Assembly (NCBI GenBank): GCA_965113315.1
Contig: OZ220363.1
Length of the DNA: 64,000 nucleotides
Source: Podarcis vaucheri
Lineage: Eukaryota
Strand: one strand, 5' to 3'
Below the pieces are notes generated by a model. That model saw only the letters and a program-made list of their open reading frames with translations, was not told where the DNA came from and did not search any database. The position numbers and the translations under genes are program-made. Below are positions 1-13,446 of the stretch, one piece after another. The stretch's first letter is position 1; every line of letters begins with the position of its first letter.

Positions 1-417
1 CACAATAGATTTTTGTGTGGAATAGAAGAAGCAGGAGACTGCATTGTCTTGTATTTCTTTCACATTTCTACTTGATAACTGAATTGGAAATTCTCTTTCA
101 CTGGTGAAGTGAATGTATTCATTTTTAATTACTGATACAGTCTCTTATTAATCATTGGTGGACCTTGCAGAGCTTCCTACGTCACAAGTACTGGTCTTAC
201 ATGTCTTTAACTTTGATCATAGGCATTTCCATCTGAAAGATTCAGCTGCCCTGATTGAGGACCCCCACCCTTTTTCTTCTTCTGTTGGTGTAAATGTAGC
301 TAATTTAGTTTACATTCACATATTGATGTCCTTCAATTTTTTTGGGAAAACCCTAATCACTGCTGTTAAAAGAAAGATGTGTCTTTAGATTTTAGAATAA
401 AAAACTACTAATGCATT

Positions 418-781
418 GGGGGACGTGGGTGGCGCTGTGGGTAAAACCTCAGCGCCTAGGACTTGCCGATTGCATGGTCGGCGGTTCGAATCCCCGCGGT
501 GGGGTGAGCTCCCATCGTTCGGTCCCAGCTCCTGCCCACCTAGCAGTTCGAAAGCACAATTAAGTGCAAGTAGATAAATAGGTACCGCTTTCTAGCGGGA
601 AGGTAAACGGCGTTCCGTGTGCTGCTCTGGTGCCAGTTCGCCAGAGCAGCTTCGTCACGCTGACCACGTGACCCGGCAGTGTCTGCGGACAGCGCTGGCT
701 CCCAGCCTCTAGAGTGAGATGAGCGCACAACCGTAGAGTCTGTCAAGACTGGCCCGTACAGGCAGGGGTACCTTTACCTTT
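418..781 (+). mobile_element. Sauria SINE, full length
   Basis: tRNA-like head with A box (TGGCGCTGTGG) and B box (GGTTCGAATCC), ACCTTT tail; near-identical to 16472-16836; short TAATGCA flanking repeat. Confidence 0.9.
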
Positions 782-3693
782 AATGCAGAATATTTTCTGT
801 TCAGTAACACAACCAATGAACAGAACTCCACGCATAGGACATTCCTGCTGGAGGAAGAGGAAATGTGATTTTTGCTTCATGCTCCCTGAAAAGTTTGGTT
901 GAAGGAACCTCAAAAGAACAGTGTGAGTGAGTGGTGGTACAACAATCTGAAGAGCAAAGGGGAATTAGTTTAAGTCACCCTCTCTCCCTCAGCAGAAGCC
1001 TCTCCTGAATCTCAGTCTCTTTCACAAATGGGACACTCTGGATGCAACCCATTGACTTTCTATCAGCTGAGGAGTGCTAGTTTCATTTGCCTGAAGCTTT
1101 TAGTATGGAAACAATAGAACTTTTGTGTTTAAACAAAGATTATGTGCTAGCATCAAATACAAAATATAAGAGAAACCACCTAAAGGTTTCTTTTCCATAA
1201 CGTTTTTCTCAAACAGCTGGTCAAAGTGGTGGAGACTTTTCAAGAGTTTCAAGTCCTAAATACTTCCTTTGCTGTTCTTTCATTTAATCGGTGGGTAAAC
1301 GATAATCTGAGATTAAATGAGGAGTTGAATATTTGCATTTATTAATCAATTAAAGGCATAATCCAAGCTGACAGCTTAATGAACCAACATTACCTACCAC
1401 TGGTGCATTTGAATCGCTGTTGCACACACCAGCCATGGCAGAAGGTGGGAACAAGGCAAATCAATGGGCCAGCATGGAACTGGTGCAGCAGTTGGGCCTG
1501 GTGTCAGCAGTGTGGCTGTCTTGGTAGGCTCATTTTGGAGCTTTCTGCTGGCTGCTGTTGATGGGGATCCCAGCAGCAGCAGTTCTGTCTACCTACAAAG
1601 CCGGAAACTTTACATCATCAAAGTGATGCTGGCAGCACTTTGCAGGCAAAGACTGGCAGGTCTCGGCAGAGGGACACCACCTAATTCGCTTACCTCCAGT
1701 CCAGTTCAAATGGGGTTTAGATTGCCCCCTAAAGTTTATGGCACTAAAAAACATCTAGTCTTCTTGCTGAATGTAATCTTTTATACTCGGGGTTCATAAT
1801 TAGCAGGGCACCAGGTGCATTTTGCACCTAAAGAATCTCCATTTGCGATCCCCTCCACAAGTCTGGGTGTCATTTGTACAAGGCTGGCACTCAAAGATTA
1901 CTGAAACGTATGTGCTTTGAAGCCTCAACGCATGTGTTAAGGATAGACAATAAAGGAGGTAAGGAGTTTGTTAAGGAGTTTAATAATGAAGAGTAGAGTG
2001 TGTTGAAAACTGAAGTTTGGTACAAATATTTTTATTGTAAAAACCAAATTAAACATGTATTAACAATTTCTGCTAAAATGTGATATTAACAATGAGTCAC
2101 TTATGTGAACTGCATATTAGTTTACACTTATCAAAATAATAACTAAAAAGGGTTGCTGACACACACACCCAGTGGCAACTAGACATTGTTTTGGCACCCA
2201 CAACCCAGGTCCCAGGAGCCATTTGGCTCCTAGCTTTTCTATGCCAGTTTATACTGCCATAAAAAGCTCAAATTGCTAGGCACAAGAATTGTAGAAATAG
2301 GAGTTCAGAAACAGAATCTAGAAGTCTGGAAGCATAGACGATTTGAGTGCTTAATGTGTGTATTCCTGTTTACTTTTAATTTGGGGAAATTTCTCAAAGG
2401 ACGAAACCTTCTCAAAGGTGTCCCCTGCCTTTTGGACCTCCTTGTAAAACTTTCTCAGGTGTGATGCTGAAAGTAGATCTTAGTTAAAGGTCTCTTGTTT
2501 ACATCCAGCTATGTTTCTACAGCAACAACATGCACCCACATAGCAAAAAAGGAAATGTTCCCTATCCAGGGATTCTTTGAATCTCTAAGGAATCTGCAAG
2601 ATCTTGACAAAAACAAGATGACTTTGAAATTCTTGATTAAAAGCTTGGGCTTAAAGGATGCAAAAAACATACTAATGTAATGAAATACGTTTGTGGGCTT
2701 TCTGGAAGCAGAACACAATTGGAAAACTTTACTGATCTTATCTTAACCTAAAGATTTGGGGGAGGAAGGTTCAATAGAAAATGGAGTGAACAGAAAAGTG
2801 CTGAGGAATATTGTTTGAATCATCCAAGCAGAGTTCTGAACTCTTCATGTATGCTAGGCAGTGTGATGTGGTGTCTACAACAAAGATTTGTACTTCCATA
2901 AATAGGTAAAAAAAATGATATTTACCTTGACCAATGCCAGGACACGGTGCTAGTCTCACTTACAGAGGATTTCATACATTGGTCACTTTGCAAAATCAAA
3001 GTATGTCTCATGTCTTATTTGAAAGCATTGAACTGTCATGGGGAAATGTCATGGGTTTTGATTTCCTTTTTAAGATGGGCCTGTCAATTCCATGCTATTC
3101 TGGTGCACTTGATAGTTTTTGGAATGAACAATTTTGTCAGTAGAAGCATTCATTTTTCGGGTCATGCTGTCTGTCTTGAAGCCCTAGACAGTATTCAAGC
3201 TTAGTTAATTACTGATGGTTATTGTATACTAAACAGGTCTGCTCAATTAGCCACCTGTTATTTTATCTAGGTGTGAAAGCTGGCAGCTAAGATGATAGTC
3301 TGACCCAAGAATGTGGCATGCATCCTAATTAAACTGTATCAGACCTAATCAGGAACAGGTCTTGAATGCAGAAATGACATGCAGGTGTTTCTTAAAGTCA
3401 AGACAAGCAGTGAAAATGATTGGTAATCCTTCAGTTAACTTCTCTTAGGAAAACTGCTTCCTTACTAGTGTCTTAATATAGGCGTGTAATTTCTAGCTTT
3501 AGGTTGCGTGTGCCATATTACTCTCTATGTCAAGAGTAATATAGGTATATAACATGGATATATTTGTGTGTGTGCGCACACACACAGAGAGAGATTATAT
3601 GTTATTTATCCTGGTAATCCTGACATAGGTTCTGAAGTAACTGAAGCATGTGTGAGGGGTCATTTGGGTTAGTATGTACAACTCTTACAGATA

Positions 3694-3957
3694 CAGTGAA
3701 CGCTCGGGTTGCGAACGTGATCCGTGTGGGATGCATGTTTGTAACCTGCAGAGTTCGCAACCCGCAGCAGCACATCTACACACGCGTGGGTTGCGATTCG
3801 GTGCTTTTGCGCATGTGCAAAGCACGATTTAGCGCTTCTGCTCATGCGCAACCGCGAAACCCGGAAGTAACCCTTTCCGGTACTTCCAGGTTTCGGCAGT
3901 CCGTAACCCAAAAAAAAACAACGCAACTTGAAGCGTCTGTAACCCGAGGTATGACTG
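3694..3957. mobile_element. Tc1/mariner (Tigger-like) MITE
   Basis: TA|CAGT...CTCGGGTT / AACCCGAG...ACTG|TA imperfect TIRs with TA TSD. Confidence 0.8.
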
Positions 3958-5130
3958 TATGTTGTTTCGAATGCTATAGATTGCAGGGGATTGGACTAGA
4001 GGAGCCTTGGGGTCTCTTCCAGCCCTACAGTTCTAGATTCTATGTATACAGAGGTCTATTTATGCAACAGGACTTCCTCTCCTTTCCCTGCAATGCTCTC
4101 AAAAATTGCTCTGGAGGGTCCTCCTACCCTCTGGAGCAGATTTTGAGGTTGCACAGGGGGTTGCCTAAGCAAGATTGTGCAAGCAAGATTGTGCTAACAG
4201 GACAGCAGCATCGGATGTGAACCTGAGGTCTTTTCACTTCATTCTATTCTTTAAGAGTACTTTGCTTGTTTGGGTCTCAAGAAGGCAGAGAAGTTGTAAA
4301 AGCATTTTGATCATAAGGAATGTACCCTTCAGTAGAATGGGGCAAGTCAGTTGATCTTCTGACTGTCCCACTTTGTGTATATTCAAAGCACTGTAGAAGG
4401 TGAAGCATTTGATGGCATACCAAGAGGTCTGCAGGCAAACAAGTATATCCTTTGCCTCATTTAGTATGGAGAATCCATAAATAGGATAAACTTGAAATTA
4501 AGCGTGTAGTGTAGTTTGTCAGCTTTTTGCGATGGGCGATGCTCTTAATAGCAGAAAACTACATCTCAGTGCCACAATAAGCTAAGCTGATGCTATCAGT
4601 GACAGTGTGCAACACAGGAGACAGGCGATACTGGGACCTGTAGTCTCTTTAAAATTAAACTGTTAATATTTCTGCAGTTCACAAGTCAGTTTTTAAATGG
4701 CCATGTCATTTCCTGCGTAGCTTCTAAGCAAGGGTGTGACTGCTTATTTGGCTTTGTAACTTGTTTTGTTTTTTTGTTTCCACATTGTTTGCTTTGTTAA
4801 AATTACTGCATGTATGTGAAACCAGTAAATGTCTGACTATGCAAAACAGAATATAACAATTTGCAAAAGATCTTTTGCATCCAATCTTGTATTTAGTGGA
4901 TTTTTTGGAGCAATTTTTTCCCTGACTGAATAATGGTCATTCACCACAGTGACTTGCAGAGACGTGAAGCTGGATGGGCTGGTCAGCTTTGAGTTGCTAA
5001 CCTTCCATTTCCAGCTCTTTCAAAATAGCCTAGCAAGTTTATAATTGAACTGATGATGCAACAGAGGAGTTAGTTAGTTTTCCCCTGCAGGAGAAATTTA
5101 GCTCAGCAGTATACTAGATAGACACAGTTA

Positions 5131-5299
5131 CCGTATTTTTCGCTCTATAACACGCACCCGACCATAACACGCATGTAGTTTTTAGAGGAGGAAAATCCGT
5201 AGGCATGCCACCCATAGGCATTCCCTCCATAACACGCACAGACATTTCCCCTTACTTTTTAGAAGGAAAAAAGTGAGTGTTATGGTGCAAAAAATACAG
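5131..5299. mobile_element. Tc1/mariner-pogo type MITE
   Basis: TA|CCGTATTTTT...AAAAATACAG|TA; internal ATAACACGCA repeats. Confidence 0.8.
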
Positions 5300-6174
5300 T
5301 AATTCTGTCAAAATAGAATGAGCTGACCAATTCTTTTCTGGGCCAGAATTGCTAAATACCTCAGTACCTGGTTCAGTCTTAGCATCTTCAGATATGTCTG
5401 TGTGAGTGTTTGAAACTCCCATTGTTCTAGGTGCATTTTGCGACAGGGAATCATTAATGGTGAACAGCTTCTGAGCTCCGGGTGCAGTACTGTGCCCAAG
5501 ATTTCAGATTAAAACTGCAGAGTGGAAGGAAAGGAGGACCCTTTTCTGCCTCCTCACGTCTAGCTACTCTCTGAAGACTGGAGAAGAAACCCTCTTAAGA
5601 ATATTATGGGGGAGGGGAGGGGAAGGACTAGACCATGTGAAAAATGAACATAATATTTTAGCTGCAGTTCATTCATTTTCAGCTTGTATTCTTGTTATAA
5701 AAAGGCACGCCTAGACATTCCATTGTTGCACCCATAACCTAGCTGTTTCTAGCACTGGTCTGTGTAGATTTTCAAACTTCCCCATCCTGTAAGAAAGTGG
5801 GGGGGGGGGCTTACATGTATCCCACTCATGTGTGACTGTGCTTACGCAGGTCATAAATAAATAAATAAATAAATAGACCTGCCCTTGCTTGGGACTACTG
5901 CCCGGAAGTCACTTGGGGCTGCCGCCCAAATGAGGGAAGGCAGCCTTTAAGTGACCAGCAGTGCGGGGTGAGAGATGCCTTCTCTCCACCTCTGCCGCTC
6001 CACCACGTGTCTGCACCCCCATCTAGACCATCACAGCTACTTTTGCTTTTTATGCACAGAAGTAGCTTCACCCTCTTTATCTCTTGCCATGTGAAATTAC
6101 TAATCCTGGTTTTATCTGGAAAACGTCCAAAAACTGTAGTAAAACTTGCATTTCAAGGTGTATATCATGAGAAC

Positions 6175-6395
6175 CAGTGAAGTGTAAGTGTTAGTTTTGG
6201 ACTATGCCCATTGTCCTAGGAGATCAGGGTTTGAATCCCTACTTAACCATGAATCTCATTGAGATCTACCGCCAGTCACTGTCCCTCAGCCTAACCTATC
6301 TCAAAGAGTTGTGATGATAAAATGGGGAGAACCATGTACACCACCTTGAACTGCTTGGAGGGAAAGGTGGTATATAATAAATATAATAAATAAAA
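6175..6395 (+). mobile_element. Old tRNA-derived (MIR/CORE-like) SINE
   Basis: Degenerate B box GGTTTGAATCC, core-like CTCAGCCTAACCTA...AAATGGGG, TAAA tail. Confidence 0.55.
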
Positions 6396-6642
6396 TTTGT
6401 GTGTGGTAATATTAGAAACATGATTTAACAAGCTGATAAATCCTGCAGGAGACATAAATTCATATTTAAATAGATCCATGCTCATTTAAACACAAGTGTG
6501 CAAATAACCAGTTGCCCAGGATGGCTACATTTTCCCATTAATTTGGACTTTAGAATCCAAGGAATATTAGCCTTTTGGTTAATATATAATATGTTGAGCT
6601 TTTATAGTTTCAGGGGAAACTAGGTAACTGCAATGTGAAATA

Positions 6643-6859
6643 CAGTGGTACCTTGAGTTACAAACGCTTCAGGTTACAAACGCCGCTAACCTGGAAGAGT
6701 TACCTGGAGTTGAGAACTTTGCCCCAGGATGAGAACGGAAATTGTGTGCCAGCGGCAGCAAGAGGCCCCATTAGCAAAAGCACGCCTCTAGTTAAGAACG
6801 GTTTCATGTTAAGAATAGACCTCCGGAACGAATTAAGTTCGTAACTAGAGGTACCACTG
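6643..6859. mobile_element. Tc1/mariner (Tigger-like) MITE
   Basis: TA|CAGTGGTACCT...AGGTACCACTG|TA. Confidence 0.85.
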
Positions 6860-7543
6860 TACAGCCACTGTGGATAAATGTGGCCACTAGGGGGTCCAGT
6901 AGCAACATAATACCGTACTGAGCAAATCCTTTTACAGCCCAACTTGAAAAAAAGAGAGAAATAAGGAAACATACCTATATGGACAAGGCTAACATAGTAA
7001 AGTATCTGTCTAGCACTGCTGGAAGGAAGGTAGTGCCTAAGGCAGTGTTTCAGCGGGAGTATGGCTTAGGCTGGGTATATCAGAAAGAGGAGCTATGACT
7101 TAACTTAATTAGTCACTTGTTTTTTAATATTACAGAGTTGAGTCCAGACTGAGTATTTGCAGGAAATAAACGGCTTCAGTCGAAGTGTTTGTACCTTCAC
7201 ACAAATGAGGCCCTCTTCAGGAAACCCTCATCCAAAAATTGCTCAAATTATTTTAGTGTCTCAAATCTTCCTAAGACAATAGACTTGGGTGGAGAAGCTG
7301 TGGCCCTCCAGATTTTGTTGGACTCAACTTCCATCAGTCCCTGCCAGCATGACCAAGGATCAGGGATGATGGGAGTTGTAATCCATCATAACCTAAAGAT
7401 CCATCCCTGCAACAGACTGACTTCATCGCAAACGTAGGCATTTCTGGATTATAGTTAATTTTCGTTTTACTACATTCTCAGGTCCGAGCTTGATTTGGTA
7501 CACTTAGCTAATGATGTGCTTCCAGAAATGCAATTGGTTAATA

Positions 7544-7623
7544 CAGGGTGAGTCCTTTAAAAGAGGCCCCATGAATACAGAGTACACATGTTCCACAGGG
7601 CCTCTTTTAAAAGACTCACCCTG
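7544..7623. mobile_element. 80-bp mariner-type hairpin MITE
   Basis: TA|CAGGGTGAGTCCTTTAAAAGAGGCCC...GGGCCTCTTTTAAAAGACTCACCCTG|TA. Confidence 0.85.
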
Positions 7624-8297
7624 TACATCTTAGGGGGCCACCAGATTCTGGTACAGTGTTTGCAGAATTTAAGGGAAATAAAGAAAGAATCCAATTTCTT
7701 TGGAACTATCAAAAATCTGTCGATATGAGCAGGAAGTATAATACCAGGATGTTACCATCTTGTGTTGCCATTAGCCCCCATCATGCTTTCCTGGAAGAGG
7801 CATTGTGTGAATAAAAGGGCTGTGCCACCTTTCCTCTGGGCCTACCCTGATGACACATGGCTTTTTTTGACCCTACCTTCTCTGTCCACACATTAGCATG
7901 GACATCTGAGGCAGGGAACACAATGTATGTAGACTTCCCATTTCAGGCCTCCACATTAATATGTATAGTGGTACTACAGAGAGCCATGCATCAGGGTGGA
8001 ACTTGAGACATAGCCATTGGCTCACTCTAGTAGTGGGAAAGGACTATCATTCAACATCAATATGAAGTCACACGGAAAGAGCATTCAGATAAGTAATTGC
8101 ACGTTTTTTAAAACTGATATAATTGTAAACAGGATCTCTTTACGGAAGGTTGTATTGATTTAATCACCTATGCTCAAGAAGAACATGCAAGCACATGTTG
8201 TGCATGTACATTGCATATCTCAAGAAACTTGCTGTCATCTAGCTGTTGGGTTCAAGACAATGGCTCCTCCAGTTCTCACCTGTCACTATTTCCACAG

Positions 8298-8436
8298 CGT
8301 GGTGCTATGAGACGACGTTATGAGGATGATGGCATCTCAGATGATGAAATTGAGGGGAAACGAACATTTGACCTCGAAGAGAAACTTACCACCAACAAAT
8401 TTAATGCCGATTTTGTGGTCTTCATGGAAGGCAAAG
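8298..8436 (+). CDS. KDM2A: KDM2A exon 3 (first coding exon in window)
   Basis: cacag|CGT...AAAG|gtaag; RGAMRRRYEDDGISDDEIEGKRTFDLEEKL matches KDM2A N-terminus; 139 bp. Confidence 0.96.
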
Positions 8437-10213
8437 GTAAGCATCATGCCAAGCTACCTTTCTAAGATTCAGATATCTGTGAGCTCTTTTTCCTATTGCA
8501 GTAATAAGCAACAAGTGTGTTTTGACTCTCTAGATGTGCTTAAGCACCGTGTGTATTGGAACTCCAGCTTCCTATTTTAAAAGAACCAAATTGATATGCA
8601 TCATGATTGCATAGAGTATTTGAAAATAAATTGTTCTACCTCTCACGTTTTACACTAAAGCATGGCAATATGGTGAGGTGGACTTCCCTTAGGCTTGTGT
8701 AATCTTGTTTTTAAGCAGAACTCCATGGCCTGCCCAGCGTGAAGAACAATTACAAAAATGTATTTTAAGAACTTTTATTGTAGTTTCATTTCATTATTTG
8801 AAATATAAGAGTGCCTTGTGAAATAAATCACAATTTTTAGGGTTCCAGGTAGGAAACAGGAGCCACATATATATATTCAAGATTATATTGTAAAAAGATA
8901 GTGCCCTTTAAGAAACATTTATTTTATTGTGGTCACTTATTCTCACAGTAACCAGAAATATAGGTACTTCTGAAACGCACTATCCATACTAAATGGTGAT
9001 CCTGATTATTATGTGATATTAATAAGGCGGCTTGGGGAAAATCTGCTAGCTATTTATCATCTAAATGAAAAGTTATAGATATAGTTCGGATTCTAGGAGC
9101 AGGAAGCTGGTGGTCTCCTAGAGGTCTGTCAGTAGTATACCTTGTGATCCTTATTGACATTGTGCCCACCAGTGCAGTGTAGTGTACAGATGTTATTTTC
9201 ACAAGGAACTGTGGCCAGCCAAAGGCAATGATACCATTTTTTATGCATCTTTCTGTGACGGACCCATTGTGATCCTTTCTAATATTGGGCTTAGTCATGG
9301 GACCTCTATCCAGACAGCAAAATGGGGCCACCCACAGACAAGACAGTTCTGCATACAAGGTGGATTCCCCTGGGGTTGAGGAACATTTGATTCATGTGAG
9401 TGTTTTAAACTTTTTGCGTTCAGTAGGTTACCTGTGAATGGGCTGCATAGTGAATACTGCTGTTGTGAATGTAGAAGGGAAGGATGGCATATAGAAGGAA
9501 AAGCTTTTTAGAACTAGAAATGTCCCTTTCTGAACTCAAGAGGACTTAACTCTGGGAAAATTCATTGCACCTAATTTTGCATTTTTACTACTTGTGCATC
9601 TCCTTTGTTGTCCCTTCTTGAGGCACCTGCTGGACAATGTTGTCCTTGAAAAATAGCATCAGCTATCACTTAATGACTTGCATTACTGTGGGAAATTCTG
9701 TATGAAAATGTTTTTGTTTTTTTTTAATTGGTCAGTTCCTCAGCTGTAGATAGGAGCCAAGATTTGGAATAGTTCTGAATCTGCTCCTTGGAAAGTGTAC
9801 CACTTTGGAACGCAGCTGATTGAAATGTCTTTAAGTGAATGAGCAAGGGAATAGAGAAGGATTGGAATACTGTTTTGCCTTTCAGCCTTGAAGTAGCAAT
9901 TGGCTGAAATCCTTGCATAAGACCATCTGAAAGCTAGAGTGGATAATTTGGGTGGAGAATCAACATAAAGGTTTTGTGTCAATGTCAACCCTTTGATTAA
10001 CCAGTATTATATATGTATGCATGAATCTGAATACTCATAGATGTCTGCCAAATTAAGGGTCATGTGGTTGCAAGTGAATAATCTATTGCTCTGGACAGTG
10101 CCACTAGCATCCTTTATACTTTTTCTCCCTTTTTAAAATACAGCTTTTCCCCGGTACCTTCTTGTCAGCTGCTAGCCTCTCTTAACAAATGTTGTCTTCT
10201 CTCCTCCCGACAG

Positions 10214-10292
10214 ACTTCAATGTGGAATATATTCAGCGTGGTGGCTTAAGAGATCCATTGATCTTCAAAAATTGTGATGGACTTGGAATAAA
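10214..10292 (+). CDS. KDM2A: KDM2A exon 4
   Basis: gacag|AC..AA|gtgag; (D)FNVEYIQRGGLRDPLIFKNCDGLGI(K); 79 bp. Confidence 0.95.
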
Positions 10293-11265
10293 GTGAGTAT
10301 TGATGCAAAGTGTTTGCCATTAGTTAAGTTGTTCACTGATGCTAGTAAAGTAACCCTAATCAGGACTGGTGAAATGATGGGATATAATGGGACAATTGCC
10401 TCAGGCAGTGGGCACAAGGGATAGCTAATTGGCATCTCACAGGCCCCTTATTTGATTAATTATTGGCTTGGGCAGCCAGCTGTCAACCCGGCATGGCTCT
10501 TTACCACCCCTTCTGCCACATCTTCCCTGCCTTGCTCTGAGAAAGGATGAAGGTGTGAGGCCTTCTGGGTGTTGTGGCCAGAAGAATGCCTGACACCCAG
10601 ATCAGTTGGCGGCAGTGGCTGTTTTAAAATGGGGGGGGGGGATGTAAAGTTGCTTGTAACTTTAGAACAAAAATCAAAACCTAAGTTTAAAACTGTCTTT
10701 CTAGATGACAACACAAACTCCTGGCAATCTTGCTCAGAAGGCCTCACTGTGAAAAAGCCCCCTCCCCCCCAAAAAACCCCCCACAGCTCTTCTTCTGAAC
10801 AAGATAGGAAGGGGGTGGAGAAACTGCTGGCACTGCAAATGCAGCAGCAAAAAAAAAAAAAATTAAAAATGTATGAGAAGGCAGGGAGGAGGAAAGTGAG
10901 AGGGAAGAAGCCAGCACAACCAGCACTGCAAAAAGCAGTGGAGTACCAGCCTACCTCAGAGCAGTCCCTTGTGTGCAGAGCTTGACCTCAGTATGCAGCA
11001 AATTTCCCAGAATGTGTCTCCTATATAGCTGTACAGAAGCTTCTAATTCAAATTCAGGATTCCATCCCAGCCAGTGGGTTAAATATTGAATCTCAGAAGC
11101 TGCAGTCATATTGTATCCAGTCCTGTTTGCTGGCATTTTCATCCTTGTTTAATCCCCACTATAGTAATAATCTTCTGACTCACTGAAAGATAGTGCGGCA
11201 AGGTCCTTGACTCGCAGCATGTGTAGTGAGCCTTCTGAAGTTGTACCTTCCATAAGGACCTAAGC

Positions 11266-11750
11266 CGGAGGTTTTCAACCTTTTTCGGTCCATGGCTCCC
11301 TTGACCAGCTACATTCTTTCTGCGGCACCCCTGTGGGGCTCAGGAACCTAGTTATGTCACCCCTTGCCTGCGGAGCTGGGAGCCTCTCACCCTTTTTCGA
11401 ACACCCTCCCTTGTGGAATGTTCCCTCAGCCTTCTCTCCCGTCTCCTTGGGAGTTATAGGGGCAGCTGCTGCTGCTGCCTCTGGTCTCTGAGCTGCCGCC
11501 CCCACTTCCCCAAAGAGAGGTGTCTCCTCACACAGCCCCACAGGGGCCTGTGAAGCACCCCCTGGCCAGCCCCAGAGGCCCCATTTGCCAGAGGAGCTTG
11601 TAGCCAGGGAAGCTGCAACAAACAGCTATGCAAGCTTTTGAGAGGCAGAGACGCAAGGAGGGAAGGAAAGAGGGACAGAGGCCAGTGTTGCCCACTGACT
11701 ATCATTCAAGGTACCCCAGGGTGCCACAGCACACTGGTTGAAAACCATTG
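11266..11750. mobile_element. Non-autonomous hAT element
   Basis: GGTTTTCAACC / GGTTGAAAACC TIRs; 8-bp TSD ACCTAAGC/ACTTAAGC. Confidence 0.8.
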
Positions 11751-12129
11751 ACTTAAGCTGTGGGCCCAAAATGTTCCCTCTTGCTGCTTTAATCATGGGA
11801 CAGAATACAGCCATGGTTTGTTCTGCTTTCAAAGAACATTCATTCATTCATTAGATTTATATCCTACTTCTCAACTAGAGTCCTCAAAGTGGCTAAAAGC
11901 ATTTCTAAAACACAACAGATACCAAGAACCACAAGCACCTTCCTTGCTTCATTTTCCTCCCAGGATAATCTGGCACAAGTAATTGGTACAAACATGCCAG
12001 CCTGCCTTGCACTGATGCTACATGGCTGCAGCAATTTTCCATCTGCAAAGGTGTTTTTTAATTACATATCTACACACTGCTGTCCAATATAAAATATTAC
12101 TGCTACTTACTACAGCGGCTAACTACAAG

Positions 12130-12490
12130 GAGTTAAAACAATAAAATGCACACAGTGGTGTGGGGAAAGTCCAGATAAAATACTGAGTAAAGATGGCGGA
12201 AAAGCCTGGGGAAAATAAAAAGTTCTGGTGTCTGAACAACAGCAAAATACGCACCAGGCAAACCTACTTGGTGATAATTCCACAGCTTGGGTGCCACAAC
12301 TGAGAAGGTCCTCTCAGATACCACTTGCCTTGCCTCTTTAGGAGAGCCAGACAGCAGTTCTGGGGCAGGTTTTGTGAAGGTATGTGTATCTAGGGAACGA
12401 ACCCATGTGGGGCTTTAAAGGTATGTTCTAGTACTCTAAATTCTGCTTGGAAATGGACCAATAACCAGCAAAGATGTTTAATCACCTGTG
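12130..12490 (-). mobile_element. L2 LINE 3' fragment
   Basis: Minus-strand peptides RTFSVVAPKLWN and WLLVHFQAEFRVL..FKA typical of L2 ORF2 C-terminus. Confidence 0.65.
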
Positions 12491-12929
12491 AGAGATGTTC
12501 CCAGCCAGAGGTCCAGCCCAGTAGTCTAATCTGTAGGTTGCTAGCCAGTGGACAGATTGAGGACAGGCTATCAGGGAGGGGCTGCAGCTGGCACATTTTT
12601 TTCAGTTTAGAGCAGTACCGAAACAGATGCACCTATAGTTGGAGAAAAGAAGCTCTAGAACTGGCTAAGACCATGTTAGGCAGTAAGTATAGCGCTCTCT
12701 CCCATCTGTATTCTTGAGAATTATTGCCCTTTCGAAAGTGAGCCACACTTGCAGTGACAGCAAACAAAGATGGGGGCACAGGATTTGTATGTTTCCACAT
12801 TTACTCTTTGAAGGCTGAAGCAAACCAATGAAGTTTTTATAGTTCGTGTCTGAAGTGCCCAGGATAAAATTGCATGGTGAAGGGCTATTGGGTGATTATT
12901 GCATTAATATTTTTTTTTTCATTTTACAG

Positions 12930-12976
12930 GATGCCAGATCCAGACTTCAGTGTGAATGATGTACGACTCTACGTAG
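12930..12976 (+). CDS. KDM2A: KDM2A exon 5
   Basis: tacag|G ATG..G|gtaat; MPDPDFSVNDVRLYV(G); 47 bp. Confidence 0.94.
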
Positions 12977-13267
12977 GTAATTATGCACTCCTGTTTTTTA
13001 TAGCTCAGAGTATCCGCTGTGTGTATGAACAATCTGAAATCTGACATGGAATTTGGTTTTCGTTACACAGAATTTTTTTTATTTAAAAAAACCTGACTTT
13101 GTGGGAAAATAGCTGAAACTTCTTCAAAATCAGGGGGTTTTGAGCGGATAACCTATACCCTGTCCTCCCATACATTCTTTAATCCTTTTTCTATACTCTG
13201 GTGTCCCTCCCACCTTTCCTACTACAATTTCTAGCCAAAGTAGCCACATATTTCTGTGTCCTGATAG

Positions 13268-13446
13268 GGAGTCGAAGGATGGTGGACGTCATGGATGTAA
13301 ACACACAAAGGGATATTGAGATGACCATGGCACAGTGGGCACGCTATTATGAAACTCGAGAGGAGGAGCGAGAGAAGCTGTATAATGTCATCAGCCTGGA
13401 ATTCAGCCACACACGGCTCGAGAACCTGGTGCAGAGGCCAAATACA
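13268..13446 (+). CDS. KDM2A: KDM2A exon 6 (start of JmjC region)
   Basis: [28 protein letters not shown]...[17 protein letters not shown]; AG/GT flanks; 179 bp. Confidence 0.96.

Noticed and set aside
418-500. tRNA gene
   Set aside because: A/B boxes belong to the SINE head; no cloverleaf or T-run terminator
3648-4220. 190-aa ORF
   Set aside because: Crosses a MITE, a CR1 tail and another repeat; no transposase motifs
1-8297. KDM2A start-codon exon (MEPEEERIRYSQRL-like)
   Set aside because: Not found by eye; no CpG island here, so it probably lies upstream of the window
10569-10985. 138-aa K/Q/P-rich ORF
   Set aside because: Built from homopolymer runs in an intron; GTG start; no KDM2A counterpart
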